40,721 nt of DNA. Origin: an uncultured Pseudorhodobacter sp. GTDB taxonomy: Bacteria > Pseudomonadota > Alphaproteobacteria > Rhodobacterales > Rhodobacteraceae. The notes beneath the pieces were generated by a model, which ran no database searches, was not told the DNA's origin, and worked only from the letters and a program-made list of their open reading frames with translations. The stretch covers positions 1-40,721 of the forward strand of contig CALEMZ010000459.1 in assembly GCA_937910975.1 (NCBI GenBank). The letters run 5' to 3'. The translations under genes were made by a program, and so were the position numbers. Below are positions 30,223 to 40,008 of this stretch, one piece after another (the stretch's first letter is position 1; each line of letters opens with the position of its first letter).

Positions 30223-30298
30223 AAAATGAACTGCTCAGTTCATTTTTAGCTTGCAAAACTAAACCGAACGGTTCAGTTTTGCTGAACTGATCGGTTCA
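30223..30298. promoter_or_regulatory. Three tandem TetR-type operators (TGAACYG-N2-CRGTTCA)
   Basis: AAAATGAACTG-CT-CAGTTCATTTT (30223-46), GCAAAACTAAACCG-AA-CGGTTCAGTTTTGC (30253-82), TGAACTG-AT-CGGTTCA (30283-98). Confidence 0.85.
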
Positions 30299-30323
30299 TT
30301 TTTTTATCATAAGGATCACGCCC

Positions 30324-30500
30324 ATGAAAGCCCTTATCTCCGCCCTCGCCCTTAGCCTCGGTGCCACCCTACCATCTTTCGCGCAAACCTCCTTTGATCT
30401 GCCTCGTCTTTTCTGGCCAACCGAGACGATCGCCCCCACATCCCAAGGCTGCATTGACCCAACTCAGCCCGGTGCACAGCCTAATAGCCTGCAAAACTAA
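30324..30500 (+). CDS. Small secreted protein, 58 aa (below ORF-track cutoff)
   Basis: AAGGA RBS; MKALISALALSLGATLPSFA|QTSFDLPRLFWPTETIAPTSQGCIDPTQPGAQPNSLQN; Sec signal with SFA cleavage site. Confidence 0.8.
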   Translation: MKALISALALSLGATLPSFAQTSFDLPRLFWPTETIAPTSQGCIDPTQPGAQPNSLQN

Positions 30501-30521
30501 CCCGGCCTGCCTTGCTTGAAC

Positions 30522-30537
30522 TGAACTGTCTGGTCTA
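30522..30537. promoter_or_regulatory. Degenerate fourth operator before tetR (probable autoregulation)
   Basis: TGAACTG-TC-TGGTCTA, ending 24 nt upstream of the tetR ATG. Confidence 0.55.
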
Positions 30538-30561
30538 TGCTGCACCTATAGGAGATATCTC

Positions 30562-31197
30562 ATGGGTGAGGCCGCACAAACCACTCGCAAGGGCCGCAAA
30601 TACGATGACGTGCTGCAAGGCGCGCGTAGCGTGTTTCTGGCTCATGGTTTTGAAGGCGCCAGCGTCGATGATATTGCGCGTGCGGCGGGTGTTTCCAAGG
30701 CCACGCTCTACAGCTACTTCGCTGACAAACGGCTGCTGTTTCTGGAGGTCGCAAAGGTCGAATGCTGCCGCCAGGTCAGTGAGGCCGAAGGCAAGGTCGG
30801 GGTCGATGTTAAACTGAAGGATGCCCTGATCATCGTTGCCACCACGCTCGTAGAGTTTTTCACCTCCAATTTTTACTTGCGAATGTTCCGGGTGATTGTG
30901 GCTGAAACCGAGCGTTTCCCCGAACTGGGTCGCCAGTTTTACGAAACCGGTCCGCTTGTAGGCCGCGCTCGCATGGTAGAATACCTGCAAGAGGCCGAAG
31001 CCCGTGGCGAACTTAAGATCGACGATAAAGAACTGGCCTCGGATATGTTTTGCGAAATGTGCCGCGCCGATCTCTTTACGCAACGTCTGTTCGGGATCAC
31101 TGACAAGGTGACACTGGCACAAAAAGATCGCGTTATTAAAGGCGCTGTCGCCATGTTTATGGCCCGCTACGGCCAAGACGCCACCGTAAAAACCTGA
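30562..31197 (+). CDS. TetR/AcrR family regulator
   Basis: FLAHGFEGASVDDIARAAGVSKATLYSYF; RFPELGRQFYETGP C-terminal motif. Confidence 0.93.
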   Translation: MGEAAQTTRKGRKYDDVLQGARSVFLAHGFEGASVDDIARAAGVSKATLYSYFADKRLLFLEVAKVECCRQVSEAEGKVGVDVKLKDALIIVATTLVEFFTSNFYLRMFRVIVAETERFPELGRQFYETGPLVGRARMVEYLQEAEARGELKIDDKELASDMFCEMCRADLFTQRLFGITDKVTLAQKDRVIKGAVAMFMARYGQDATVKT

Positions 31198-31675
31198 GAC
31201 GCCCCGCTACTTTCCCACTTCGCCGGACGCCAAAGCGGAGCGGGGATGCCATGGCACCCATACATTTTCGATCGGAAAGGCCCCTTCATGCGCGGGATGG
31301 GAAAACTGGTGCCTCTTTAGCCCGCCTAGCGATGGCAGGCTTGCCTATCATTTTGTAAGTAAGTTCAAATCGGGTTGGCACAGGGCTGCGACAGATTTGC
31401 CTTGCAAATCGCCTGCTGGGGAACAGTGCGTGCGCCCCCATGACGAACTTGTACCCTTCCATCCCAACGAAAGGATCACACCATCAAACCGCGAGAGCAA
31501 ACAGCTAGGAAACTTGCAGCATAATGGGCAATTTTTCGAGCCCTATTGAGGGCTTGCGAATTGACAGGTGGAAGCTTGCAGGCACGATTCAGCAAGAGAA
31601 ATGCCGCTTCCGGTCCGAAACCAGATTGCACGGCCACCCGTTGCGCAGGCACGCTTTCAAGGGCGCGTAGCGATG

Positions 31676-31966
31676 CTAAAAATCGAAGAGGTCGCCCAGA
31701 AAAGAGCTGCGGCTTTTGCGGTGACGCTTTTTGTCATCATCATCATCATCGTCGCGATCTCTGTCACGGCCACGTTTTTCGCTGGGCGCTGCTTCGCCGC
31801 GCTCCGGGCGGATGGCCGCGGCCTGTTTGGCGGGCGTCGCCTGCGCGATAATCTTGTCTAACTCCCCCCGGTCCAGCCAAATGCCGCGACATTTCGGACA
31901 ATGGTCGACCTCGATGCCGTTGCGATCCGTCATCAGCAGATGTTCACCATCCAGCGGGCATTTCTT
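31676..31966 (-). CDS. zf-TFIIB-like zinc-ribbon protein; start codon uncertain or lost
   Basis: KCPLD...EVDHCPKCRGIWLDRGELDKII, charged linker, C-terminal FLGDLFDF. AAG sits where the family's Met is expected; nearest upstream in-frame ATG is at 32059. Confidence 0.8.
   Translation of the reverse strand, partial: KKCPLDGEHLLMTDRNGIEVDHCPKCRGIWLDRGELDKIIAQATPAKQAAAIRPERGEAAPSEKRGRDRDRDDDDDDDKKRHRKSRSSFLGDLFDF
31733..31753 (-). repeat. (GAT/GAC)n codon run encoding poly-Asp
   Basis: gtcatcatcatcatcatcgtc on the + strand, within the zinc-ribbon linker. Confidence 0.6.
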
Positions 31967-32244
31967 TGCCCCTACGCGGCCTTGGACAAGGCGTCCTTTT
32001 TTTGGCAAACGGCCCGGCTCGGCCAATACAACCGGCTCTGCGTGATCGATACTTTTCATTTCTGGATAACCTGAGCGAGAACAGTTTTGCGTCTTGGGTT
32101 CGATTTGGGGGCGACGGGGCCGCATTCAAGAGTTCAGGCACAGAACGCGCGGTTACTGCGACCTTGTGCCCGTGCCAGCCCGCACCCTGCGATAGCCGTT
32201 CCTTGCGCCAAAAGGCCGGATACCTCAGGATACGCTAAATCGTC

Positions 32245-32286
32245 CTGATCAAGATCAAAACAGATATCGAGATCATGTGCTAAGCT
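32245..32286 (+). promoter_or_regulatory. FNR/FnrL box with class II promoter geometry
   Basis: CTGAT-CAAG-ATCAA (32245-58; consensus TTGAT-N4-ATCAA). A -41.5 centre predicts a TSS near 32293, with TAAGCT (32281-86) at the -10 position. Confidence 0.75.
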
Positions 32287-32325
32287 CGCAGAATAGTGGC
32301 GCCCCGACTGCAGGAGAAATTCCCT

Positions 32326-33408
32326 ATGATGCTTCGATTGTTCTTAGTGACTGTTGTTTGTCTAGGTTTAACGAACGTGGGGCCTGCTGCGGCACAAAAT
32401 ACCCCGACCGATCAACAGATACTGGAGGCATGGCTGTCCTCGCCGCATGCCGATGCCACATCTGCGGCTTTTCGCCATTGGGACGCAGAAAAAGAAATTC
32501 CGGGCACCTGTGCGGTTTGCCATTCGACAACCGGCGTTGTCGACTATCTGGCGGCACCACGAACAAGCCCCGGTCTGATTGAGCATTCTGTCGCCATAGG
32601 AACAACCGTGGAATGTGCCGCGTGCCACAATGATGGTGCCAAAGCGCTGCGCGAGGTTTTGTTTCCAAGCGGTGAGACGGTAAGCGCGCCGACCAGTTCG
32701 GCGATCTGCGCCGTGTGCCATCAGGGCCGCAATTCGATGGAACAAGTTAGCACCCGCGTTGTGGGCCTTGGTGAGGATGATGTATCGGCGGATATCCGTT
32801 TCATCAACATTCACTACGCCGCTGCGGCCTCTACCCAGGCGGGCGGCACGGCGCGCGGGGGTTTTCAATACGAAGGTCGCAGCTACGCCGGGCTGTTTGG
32901 CCATGTGGAGGGCCTTGGCACCTGTGTCGCCTGTCACGGCGCCCATGATACACGTGTTGAACTGGAAAGCTGCACGACCTGCCATAAAGGGGCCGCAGAT
33001 TTCCGCGCCATCCGCACCACGCCACTGGATATTCTTGGGGATGGAGACATGAGAGCCGGGATCGGCAGCGTGATTGATCAATTGCACGGTCGGTTAGAGG
33101 CCGCGATCATGGCCTATGCGCGCGAGGTCGGGGGCGGGCCGATTGCCTATTCGGCCGCCGCGTTTCCCTATTTCTTCAACGACCTTGATGCAGACGGTGT
33201 TGTTGGCGAGGCCGAGGCCGTTTCCCCGAATGCTTATCAAAGTTGGACACCGCGCCTGCTTAAGGCCGCCTATAACTATCAGTTTGTTGGCAAGGATCGC
33301 GGGGCCTTTGCGCATAACCCGCATTATGCAATCCAGCTGATGATCGACAGCATTGAAAGCCTTTCCGAGGCCGCCAAGCTTGATACGACAGGCCTTGTGC
33401 GGCCTTGA
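32326..33408 (+). CDS. Periplasmic pentaheme cytochrome c
   Basis: Sec signal ending PAAA|Q; five CxxCH (CAVCH, CAACH, CAVCH, CVACH, CTTCH); additional His; C-terminal AHNPHY. Confidence 0.9.
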   Translation: MMLRLFLVTVVCLGLTNVGPAAAQNTPTDQQILEAWLSSPHADATSAAFRHWDAEKEIPGTCAVCHSTTGVVDYLAAPRTSPGLIEHSVAIGTTVECAACHNDGAKALREVLFPSGETVSAPTSSAICAVCHQGRNSMEQVSTRVVGLGEDDVSADIRFINIHYAAAASTQAGGTARGGFQYEGRSYAGLFGHVEGLGTCVACHGAHDTRVELESCTTCHKGAADFRAIRTTPLDILGDGDMRAGIGSVIDQLHGRLEAAIMAYAREVGGGPIAYSAAAFPYFFNDLDADGVVGEAEAVSPNAYQSWTPRLLKAAYNYQFVGKDRGAFAHNPHYAIQLMIDSIESLSEAAKLDTTGLVRP

Positions 33409-33492
33409 TTGGCGGGTAAGCCCATGCCGCCGCAGCGCACGCCACTGAAAATGGCGCTGACGCGTCGGGATCTACAGACGGGAAGGGTTATC

Positions 33493-34758
33493 GTGCAGTT
33501 CAGTTTCCGCAAAGGGCTGGTTCTTGACATGGGTGCCGCGCCCAAAGGTGATCTGATCGCGCCGCTGTCGGTCGGAACGGTTGGATTTCTGGGGCAGGAT
33601 TATCCGGGCGTAACGTTTGATCTTCGCGTGGCCGAGGGCGATCTGGTCCGTATGGGCCAGACCTTGTGTGTTGACCGTCACCGGCCTGACATCCGCTTTG
33701 TCGCACCTGCCACCGGGCGCATCAGCCGCATCACGCTGGGCGCGCGGCGCAGGCTGGAGGCGTTGGAAATCGCAGTGGAGGGCGATGCCGAGCATCACCT
33801 TGACCCCGCGCACGCCCAAGGTGATGACGCAGGGCTGCGCCAGCTATTGCTAGAAAGCGGCGCATGGGCGGGCTTTCGGACACGGCCCTTCGGGCATGTG
33901 CCTGATCCGGGCCACCGCCCCGCATCCATTTTTGTCACCGCGACCGATACGAACCCTTTGGCCGCCGATCCTGTCGCGGTACTGGCCCCGCAAATGGCAC
34001 TGTTCCAACGCGGCGCAGAGGCGCTTTTGCGCCTCACCGACGGCCCGGTTTTCATCTGCCAACAGCCGGGGCCGCCGCTGGCCGAAGCGCAAGGCAGGCT
34101 CCGGCTGGCGCATTTCGCCGGGCCGCACCCATCCGGGCAGGCGGGCAGCCATATTCACCGGCTTATGCCGGTATCGCGGCAACGCTCGGTCTGGCAGATC
34201 GGCTATCAGGAGGTTGTAGCCATCGGGCATCTGCTGGAAACGGGCCGGATCATGGGCACGCGCGTGCTGTCTCTGGCCGGGTCGGGCTTGATCGGGCCTG
34301 CGTTGGTCAAGGCACCATTGGGGGCCTGTCTGGCGGATCTGGTGAAAAACCAAACGCAAGACCCTGCGCCCGTTCTGCTTTCCGGCCCAATCCTTTCGGG
34401 GCATGCGACCGCCTATCTCAGACGCCATGATTTGCAGGTGACGGCTGTTGCTAGCACTGCGCGCAGCTATCCGGCGCGGCCGTTCTGGCATCGGCTGATG
34501 GATGTGCTGCCCGCCGCCCCAATTGGCGCGACACTGCCGCTTGAGGCGTTTGAGCGGGCGTTTCCCTTTGATCTGTTGCCTGCTCCGCTGATGCGGGCGC
34601 TGGCCGTGGGGGATGTCGAAACCGCCGAGCGGCTTGGCTGTCTGGAGTTGCTGGAGGAAGATCTTGCCCCGCTTAGCTGGCTTTGCCCATCGGGCAGCGA
34701 CTACGGCGCGCTGTTGCGCCGCGCGCTGAACAGGCTTGCCGAGGAGCGGGTGGAATGA
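33493..34758 (+). CDS. nqrA: Na+-NQR subunit A (divergent)
   Basis: GTG start FSFRKGL; RTRPF, IFVTATDTNPLAADP, FAGPHPSG, IGYQEV, LELLEEDLA...CPS. Confidence 0.85.
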   Translation: MQFSFRKGLVLDMGAAPKGDLIAPLSVGTVGFLGQDYPGVTFDLRVAEGDLVRMGQTLCVDRHRPDIRFVAPATGRISRITLGARRRLEALEIAVEGDAEHHLDPAHAQGDDAGLRQLLLESGAWAGFRTRPFGHVPDPGHRPASIFVTATDTNPLAADPVAVLAPQMALFQRGAEALLRLTDGPVFICQQPGPPLAEAQGRLRLAHFAGPHPSGQAGSHIHRLMPVSRQRSVWQIGYQEVVAIGHLLETGRIMGTRVLSLAGSGLIGPALVKAPLGACLADLVKNQTQDPAPVLLSGPILSGHATAYLRRHDLQVTAVASTARSYPARPFWHRLMDVLPAAPIGATLPLEAFERAFPFDLLPAPLMRALAVGDVETAERLGCLELLEEDLAPLSWLCPSGSDYGALLRRALNRLAEERVE

Positions 34759-35567
34759 CCCGGCAAAACGAATATCTGCCCGCCCTGTGGGACGCACACC
34801 GCGTGACGGCGACGACGTGCGCGGCGCTTCTGGCCCCCTTGGCCTTGGCGATCCATGAACGTGGCGCGGGGATTATGGCACCGTTGGTGTTGGCGCTTGG
34901 GTTGGCGGTTTTTTGGCCTTTGGTTTTTGCCCGCATGCGTGGGCGGGCAATGGGCTGGGACAGCATCGTGACCGCACTGGTCTTTGTCCTGCTACTGCCC
35001 GGCCCGGTTGCGCTTTGGCAACAAGGGCTTGCGCTTTCGTTTGGCCTAGTCTTGGGCGGCCTGATCTTTGGCGGGCATGGGCGCGGTTTTTTGAATCCGG
35101 CGGTTGCCGGCCTCGCCTTCCTGCTGTTTTCGTTTCCCGGCGCAGCAATTGAGGTGCCGGGGCCATCTGTGGCGATTGCGGCGGGGGTTGGTGGTGCGCT
35201 TTTGCTCGGGCTCGGGCTTTTGTCATGGCGGGTTGTGCTGGGTTTCGGGATCGCCATTGCGGGGCTGATGGCCGTATTTCCGGCAAGCGAAGGCTGGGTT
35301 GCGCTGCAAAGCGCGAGCCTTGTGCTGGGGCTGGTGTTCCTGATCGGTGATCCGGTTGCGGCGGCCTGCACCAATGTCGGGCGCTGGCTTTATGGCGGGC
35401 TTGCGGGCACGCTTGTGGTTATGCTTGGGCATGCCGGTGACGGGGTCGGAGCCCTGACGACAGTGGTTTTCGCAGCATTTCTGGCAAGCATTTTTGCGCC
35501 ATTGATTGATCAGCTTGTTATCACACTCAATGTCCAGCGGCGGGCGCGGAGGCAGAGAAATGGCTGA
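34755..35567 (+). CDS. nqrB: Truncated NqrB/RnfD-family subunit (270 aa) lacking the FMN-Thr loop
   Basis: IFGGHGRGFLNPA, SWR, GDPV, GRWLYG, FAPLID are retained; no [S/T]GAT motif anywhere. Confidence 0.85.
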   Translation: MTRQNEYLPALWDAHRVTATTCAALLAPLALAIHERGAGIMAPLVLALGLAVFWPLVFARMRGRAMGWDSIVTALVFVLLLPGPVALWQQGLALSFGLVLGGLIFGGHGRGFLNPAVAGLAFLLFSFPGAAIEVPGPSVAIAAGVGGALLLGLGLLSWRVVLGFGIAIAGLMAVFPASEGWVALQSASLVLGLVFLIGDPVAAACTNVGRWLYGGLAGTLVVMLGHAGDGVGALTTVVFAAFLASIFAPLIDQLVITLNVQRRARRQRNG

Positions 35568-36366
35568 TCTCTCACCGATCTCGTGGTGGCGGCGGTTTTT
35601 GGCGCTGCCAAATGACAGCCGCCTTAAGACATTGGGCGTCGCGTTTCTTGTCGCGCTGGTTTCGGCCATCACCGTTTCCGCCACCTCTGTCACGCTCAAG
35701 CCCCGCCAGCAGGCGCATATCGAGGCCGCCCGTGCGGCCAATCTTGCTGCAATGATCGCCACACTTCCGGGCTTGGCGGATATCTTGCGGCAAACGGGTG
35801 CCGAGACTTTGGAAACCGTTCTGGTTGACCTGAGAACCGGGCAGATCGACGGCAATTACGATGCGACCAGTTATGATTTCCTTGCCGCTCAGACCGATCC
35901 GGCCCAAGGCACGGCCCTTTTGCCCGAGGATGATCTTGCGGGGATAGGCCAGCGCCCGCACCTCGCGCCGGTCTATCTGTTGCGGGGAGTGGATGGTTTG
36001 GCGTTGGTGGTGCTGCCGGTCTACGGCAAGGGCTATCAATCGATGATCCGCGCCTATCTCGCGCTGGAGGGGGATTTGAACACGGTCGCAGCCCTTAGCA
36101 TCTATGAGCAGGGCGAAACGCCGGGGCTTGGCTCACGGATCACCGATCCGGGGTGGCAGGCGCTTTGGTCGGGCAAGCAGGCGGCGGATGCTTCGGGGGA
36201 AATAATCATATCCGTGGTGCGGGGCAGTGCGGCAACCGCATCCGAAGTTGACGGCATCACCGGGGCTACCCGCTCATCCACCGGGGTCGCGAACCTTGTG
36301 CACTTCTGGCTGGGGGCGGACGGGTATGGCGGTTTTCTGGCCCGGCTCAAGACGGGGGATTTGTGA
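35560..36366 (+). CDS. nqrC: Na+-NQR subunit C (covalent FMN)
   Basis: N-terminal [20 protein letters not shown] flavinylation motif, FWLGADGY. Confidence 0.92.
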   Translation: MADLSPISWWRRFLALPNDSRLKTLGVAFLVALVSAITVSATSVTLKPRQQAHIEAARAANLAAMIATLPGLADILRQTGAETLETVLVDLRTGQIDGNYDATSYDFLAAQTDPAQGTALLPEDDLAGIGQRPHLAPVYLLRGVDGLALVVLPVYGKGYQSMIRAYLALEGDLNTVAALSIYEQGETPGLGSRITDPGWQALWSGKQAADASGEIIISVVRGSAATASEVDGITGATRSSTGVANLVHFWLGADGYGGFLARLKTGDL

Positions 36367-36367
36367 A

Positions 36368-37030
36368 ATGACCAAATCAAACCTACGCCATCTGACCTCC
36401 CCTCTGATCGACAACAACCCGATCACGCTGCAAATGCTTGGCATCTGTTCGGCGCTGGCGGTGACGACCGCGCTGGATACCGCCCTGACCATGAGCCTTG
36501 CCCTCATGGCGGTTCTGGCAACGGCCAGCACCGTCATCAGCCTGATCAGGCGGCATATCCCGGCCTCGATCCGGCTGGTGGTGCAGATCACCATCATCGC
36601 CTCACTGGTCATTGTAGCGGATCAGGTACTGCGGGCCTTTGCCTATGAGATAAGCCAGCGCCTGTCGGTATTTGTGGGGCTGATCGTGACCAATTGCATT
36701 GTGCTGGGGCGTGCGGAATCCTTTGCGATGCGCAATCCGGTCTGGCCCAGCCTGCTGGACGGATTGGGCAATGGGCTTGGCTATGGCTTGATCTTGATGC
36801 TGGTGGCCACAATCCGCGAATTACTGGGGTCCGGCTCATTGTTCGGGGTGCCGGTGTTGCCTTTGGCGGTCGACGGCGGTTGGTTCGTGCCGCTGGGCTT
36901 CATGCTGCTGGCCCCAAGCGCATTTTTCATCATCGGCCTGCTGATCTGGGCCATCCGCACCCGCCGCCCCGCGCAGGCAGAGGCCGATGAATTCCCGATT
37001 TTGACTGCGGCCGCGGGAGGTCGCAAATGA
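36368..37030 (+). CDS. nqrD: Na+-NQR subunit D
   Basis: [40 protein letters not shown]. Confidence 0.93.
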   Translation: MTKSNLRHLTSPLIDNNPITLQMLGICSALAVTTALDTALTMSLALMAVLATASTVISLIRRHIPASIRLVVQITIIASLVIVADQVLRAFAYEISQRLSVFVGLIVTNCIVLGRAESFAMRNPVWPSLLDGLGNGLGYGLILMLVATIRELLGSGSLFGVPVLPLAVDGGWFVPLGFMLLAPSAFFIIGLLIWAIRTRRPAQAEADEFPILTAAAGGRK

Positions 37031-37629
37031 TCGAACTTTTCCTCCAATCCGTGCTTCAGGACAATCTTGCGCTGACCTTCTTTCTTGGCATCTGCACCTT
37101 TCTTGCCGTGTCGAAACGGGTGGAAACTGCCTTTGGGCTTGGGCTTGCCATGATCGTGGTACAATCGGTGACGGTGCCGATTAATTACCTGATATTTCAG
37201 GGGCTTTTGATCGAAGGTGCATGGGGGTGGGCCGGGCTGCCCGAGGTCGATCTGACCTTTCTCAAGCTGATCTCCTTTATCGGGGTGATCGCCGCCATCG
37301 TGCAAATCCTTGAGATGAGCCTTGATCGATATGCCCCCGCGCTGCACCGCAATCTGGGGGTGTTTCTGCCGCTGATCACCGTAAATTGCGCCATTCTGGG
37401 CGGTAGCCTGTTCATGGTGGATCGCCGTTATGACCTGCCTGAAAGCATGGTCTATGGGTTTGGTAGCGGTGTTGGTTGGGCGTTGGCCATTGTCGCCTTC
37501 GCGGCCATCCGCGAACGGTTGCGCTATGCTGACGTGCCCCACGGGCTGCGCGGGCTGGGGCTTTCCTTTATTGTGACGGGGTTGATGTCCATGGGGTTCT
37601 CGGCCTTTGTCGGGGTAAATCTGCCATGA
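37027..37629 (+). CDS. nqrE: Na+-NQR subunit E
   Basis: [30 protein letters not shown]. Confidence 0.93.
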   Translation: MIELFLQSVLQDNLALTFFLGICTFLAVSKRVETAFGLGLAMIVVQSVTVPINYLIFQGLLIEGAWGWAGLPEVDLTFLKLISFIGVIAAIVQILEMSLDRYAPALHRNLGVFLPLITVNCAILGGSLFMVDRRYDLPESMVYGFGSGVGWALAIVAFAAIRERLRYADVPHGLRGLGLSFIVTGLMSMGFSAFVGVNLP

Positions 37630-38849
37630 CAGAGATGCTTCTGGGCAGCGCCGTTTTTGTTTGCATCGTGCTGGTGCTGGTCGGCATGGTGCTGGCCGCG
37701 CGGGCGTTTTTGATGCCCTCGGGGCATGTCGCAATTCAGGTGAACGGGCGGCACGACATCACAGCCCGGACCGGCGAAAAGCTGCTGTCAGTGCTGGCCG
37801 GGGCCGGGATTGCCATTCCCTCGGCTTGCGGTGGCGCGGGAACCTGTGGGCAATGCCGGGTTCAGGTAACGGAAGGCCGCACTCCGGCGCGGCAGACCGA
37901 AACAGCGCTGCTATCACGCGGCGATATTGCAGAGGGCCAAAGGCTGGCTTGTCAGACAGTGCTGCGCGGGAACATGGCAATCAGCCTGCCGGAAAGCATG
38001 TTGGCGGCAAAGTCCTGGCAATGTCACGTCGCCTCAAGCCGCACCATTGCACCGATGATCCGCGAGATTGTTCTGGAACTGCCCGAAGGCGCCGCCTTTG
38101 CCTTTACCCCCGGCGCTTTCGTCATGGTCGAGGCACCGGCCTATGACCTGCAGTTTGCCGATTACAAGATCGCGCCCGAACATCAGGCAGCATGGAAAGG
38201 GGCGGGTTTGCGGGCTTTGACCTCCTCCAGCAAAGGCCCGGCTAAACGTGCTTATTCCATCGCCAATCGCGTGGACGCGCCTGCCGGGCGCATCGTCTTG
38301 CTGATCCGGCTGGCCTTGCCGCCACCCTATCGTACAGACGTGCCGCCGGGCGTGGTATCGTCCTGGCTGTTCGGGCTTGATGCGGGGGATAGTGTTTCCG
38401 TTTCCGGCCCGTTCGGCACTTTCGCAGCACAAGACAGCGCGCGCGAGATGGTCTTTATCGGAGGCGGTGTCGGCATGGCGCCGCTGCGGGCGATCATCTC
38501 GGACCAGCTGGAGCGGCAAGGCACGACCCGCAAGATAAGTTTTTGGTATGGCGCGCGCAGCCGGGTGGACCTGTTTTATGAGCAGGAATTCGAGATGCTA
38601 CAGGCCAAGAACCCCAATTTCGATTGGATCGCTGCGCTATCCGACCCCGCGCCGGATGACAATTGGCAGGGCGAAACCGGCTTTATCCATGAGATTGCCT
38701 TGCGCTGCCATCTTGCCGCCCATCCGGCACCCCATGATTGTGAATACTACCTGTGCGGCCCGCCGCTGATGATCCGGGCCGTGCTGGCAATGCTTGATGA
38801 TCTGGGCGTCGATCCCGGCCAGATTTTCAACGATGATTTTGGAGGTTAG
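37626..38849 (+). CDS. nqrF: Na+-NQR subunit F
   Basis: [10 protein letters not shown]...RLACQ 2Fe-2S ligands, RAYS FAD motif, [14 protein letters not shown], ends DDFGG. Confidence 0.93.
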   Translation: MTEMLLGSAVFVCIVLVLVGMVLAARAFLMPSGHVAIQVNGRHDITARTGEKLLSVLAGAGIAIPSACGGAGTCGQCRVQVTEGRTPARQTETALLSRGDIAEGQRLACQTVLRGNMAISLPESMLAAKSWQCHVASSRTIAPMIREIVLELPEGAAFAFTPGAFVMVEAPAYDLQFADYKIAPEHQAAWKGAGLRALTSSSKGPAKRAYSIANRVDAPAGRIVLLIRLALPPPYRTDVPPGVVSSWLFGLDAGDSVSVSGPFGTFAAQDSAREMVFIGGGVGMAPLRAIISDQLERQGTTRKISFWYGARSRVDLFYEQEFEMLQAKNPNFDWIAALSDPAPDDNWQGETGFIHEIALRCHLAAHPAPHDCEYYLCGPPLMIRAVLAMLDDLGVDPGQIFNDDFGG

Positions 38850-38852
38850 CCA

Positions 38853-39824
38853 ATGCGTTGCTCAAGACGTGGATTCATGGTTGGCGCGGGTGCAATGCTT
38901 TCGGCAACAGCACTTTTTGCCGGGCCGGGCGATGTTTTGCAGATTGATGGTCCGGCTTTTGGGGCGGGCTGGCGTGTCAGGGTTGCGGCGGGGGCGGATG
39001 CGGGGCCAATCATTGCGGCTGTCACGGGTGTCGCGGCCTCGGTCGATGCCGCGATGTCACCGTTCCGGCCGACGTCCGAGATTTCGCGCTTCAACCGCAT
39101 GGAGACGCTGGATTGGGTTCCGCTTTCGGTGGAAACCTGCGCCACGATCCTTGAGGCAAAGCGCATCGCCGCACTGACCCAAGGCGCGTTTGATCCGACG
39201 CTTGGCGGGCTGGTCGGGCGCTATGGCTTTGGCCCGATTACCACACTGCCAGCCGGATCGTTCGAGGGGCTTTCGATTGGCGCAAATGCTGCAAAAAAGG
39301 CCCATGTATTGCAGACACTGGACCTTTGCGGCATTGCCAAGGGACAGGCGCTGGACCGGATTGCCGCCGCATTGATGGCCCTTGGTCACGGTGATTTTTT
39401 CGTCGAACTCGGGGGCGAGGTTTATGCGCAGGGGTATCACCCGGATGGGCGCCCGTGGCGCGCGGGCATTGAGCGCCCGCTGCCGGGGCTTGCCGCGCCG
39501 TTGCGCATTGTGGTGGTGAACGGTGAGGCTTTGGCGACCTCGGGCGACCGGGCCAACAGCTTTGTTCACGCTGGCAAGCGCTATGGGCACATCATCGACC
39601 CGCAGCGCGGACGGCCCGCCGATACTGCGCTGGCCTCGGTTTCGGTGTTTGCCCCGCGCGCGATCACCGCAGATGCATTGGCCACCGCCCTGTTTGCAAT
39701 GGGGCCGGAAAATGGGCCTGCCTTTGCCGCGCGCCAACAAATCCCGGCCCTGTTCGTATTGCGTGACGGAGACGGGCTGCGCGAGGCTGCGACCGCCGAT
39801 TTCTCAACCCGGTTCATTGGATAG
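38853..39824 (+). CDS. apbE: FAD:protein FMN transferase
   Basis: SRRGF Tat motif, GAFDPT, DLCGIAKG, VELGGE, ATSG, HIIDP, ADALATA. Confidence 0.92.
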   Translation: MRCSRRGFMVGAGAMLSATALFAGPGDVLQIDGPAFGAGWRVRVAAGADAGPIIAAVTGVAASVDAAMSPFRPTSEISRFNRMETLDWVPLSVETCATILEAKRIAALTQGAFDPTLGGLVGRYGFGPITTLPAGSFEGLSIGANAAKKAHVLQTLDLCGIAKGQALDRIAAALMALGHGDFFVELGGEVYAQGYHPDGRPWRAGIERPLPGLAAPLRIVVVNGEALATSGDRANSFVHAGKRYGHIIDPQRGRPADTALASVSVFAPRAITADALATALFAMGPENGPAFAARQQIPALFVLRDGDGLREAATADFSTRFIG

Positions 39825-39834
39825 GAGCCCGCAT

Positions 39835-40008
39835 ATGATGACCTTCCTGTTAGCCTTTTGTCTTGTCCTTCTGGCCTTTGCCGGCCTGTCTTTGGCGGTG
39901 ATCTTTGGGCGCGCGCCGATCAAGGGATCTTGCGGCGGATTGGCCTGCATTCCGGGCGCAGATTGCGCCGCCTGCCCGAACCATTCCAGCGCGGATAAAC
40001 CAACATGA
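39835..40008 (+). CDS. nqrM: NQR maturation protein NqrM
   Basis: AGGAG RBS; TM helix then IKGSCGGL...C..C; follows apbE. Confidence 0.85.
   Translation: MMTFLLAFCLVLLAFAGLSLAVIFGRAPIKGSCGGLACIPGADCAACPNHSSADKPT

Noticed and set aside
30223-30298. Repeated palindromes as a possible mini-CRISPR
   Set aside because: No spacers of regular length and no cas genes; the pattern fits TetR operators.
31299-31320. TGGTGCC resembling the reverse complement of a tRNA 3' end (att remnant)
   Set aside because: Only 7 nt, no T-arm sequence, no integrase or second copy in the window.
31376-31390. TGGCAC...TGC as a sigma54 promoter
   Set aside because: GG-to-GC spacing is one base short and no gene follows.
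31568-31861. 97-aa ORF with a poly-Ile hydrophobic stretch
   Set aside because: The Ile run is the antisense reading of the poly-Asp codons of the zinc-ribbon gene.
33493-38849. Rnf rather than Nqr assignment
   Set aside because: No RnfB/RnfC 4Fe-4S ferredoxin motifs; NqrA, NqrF and NqrM are present in nqr gene order.
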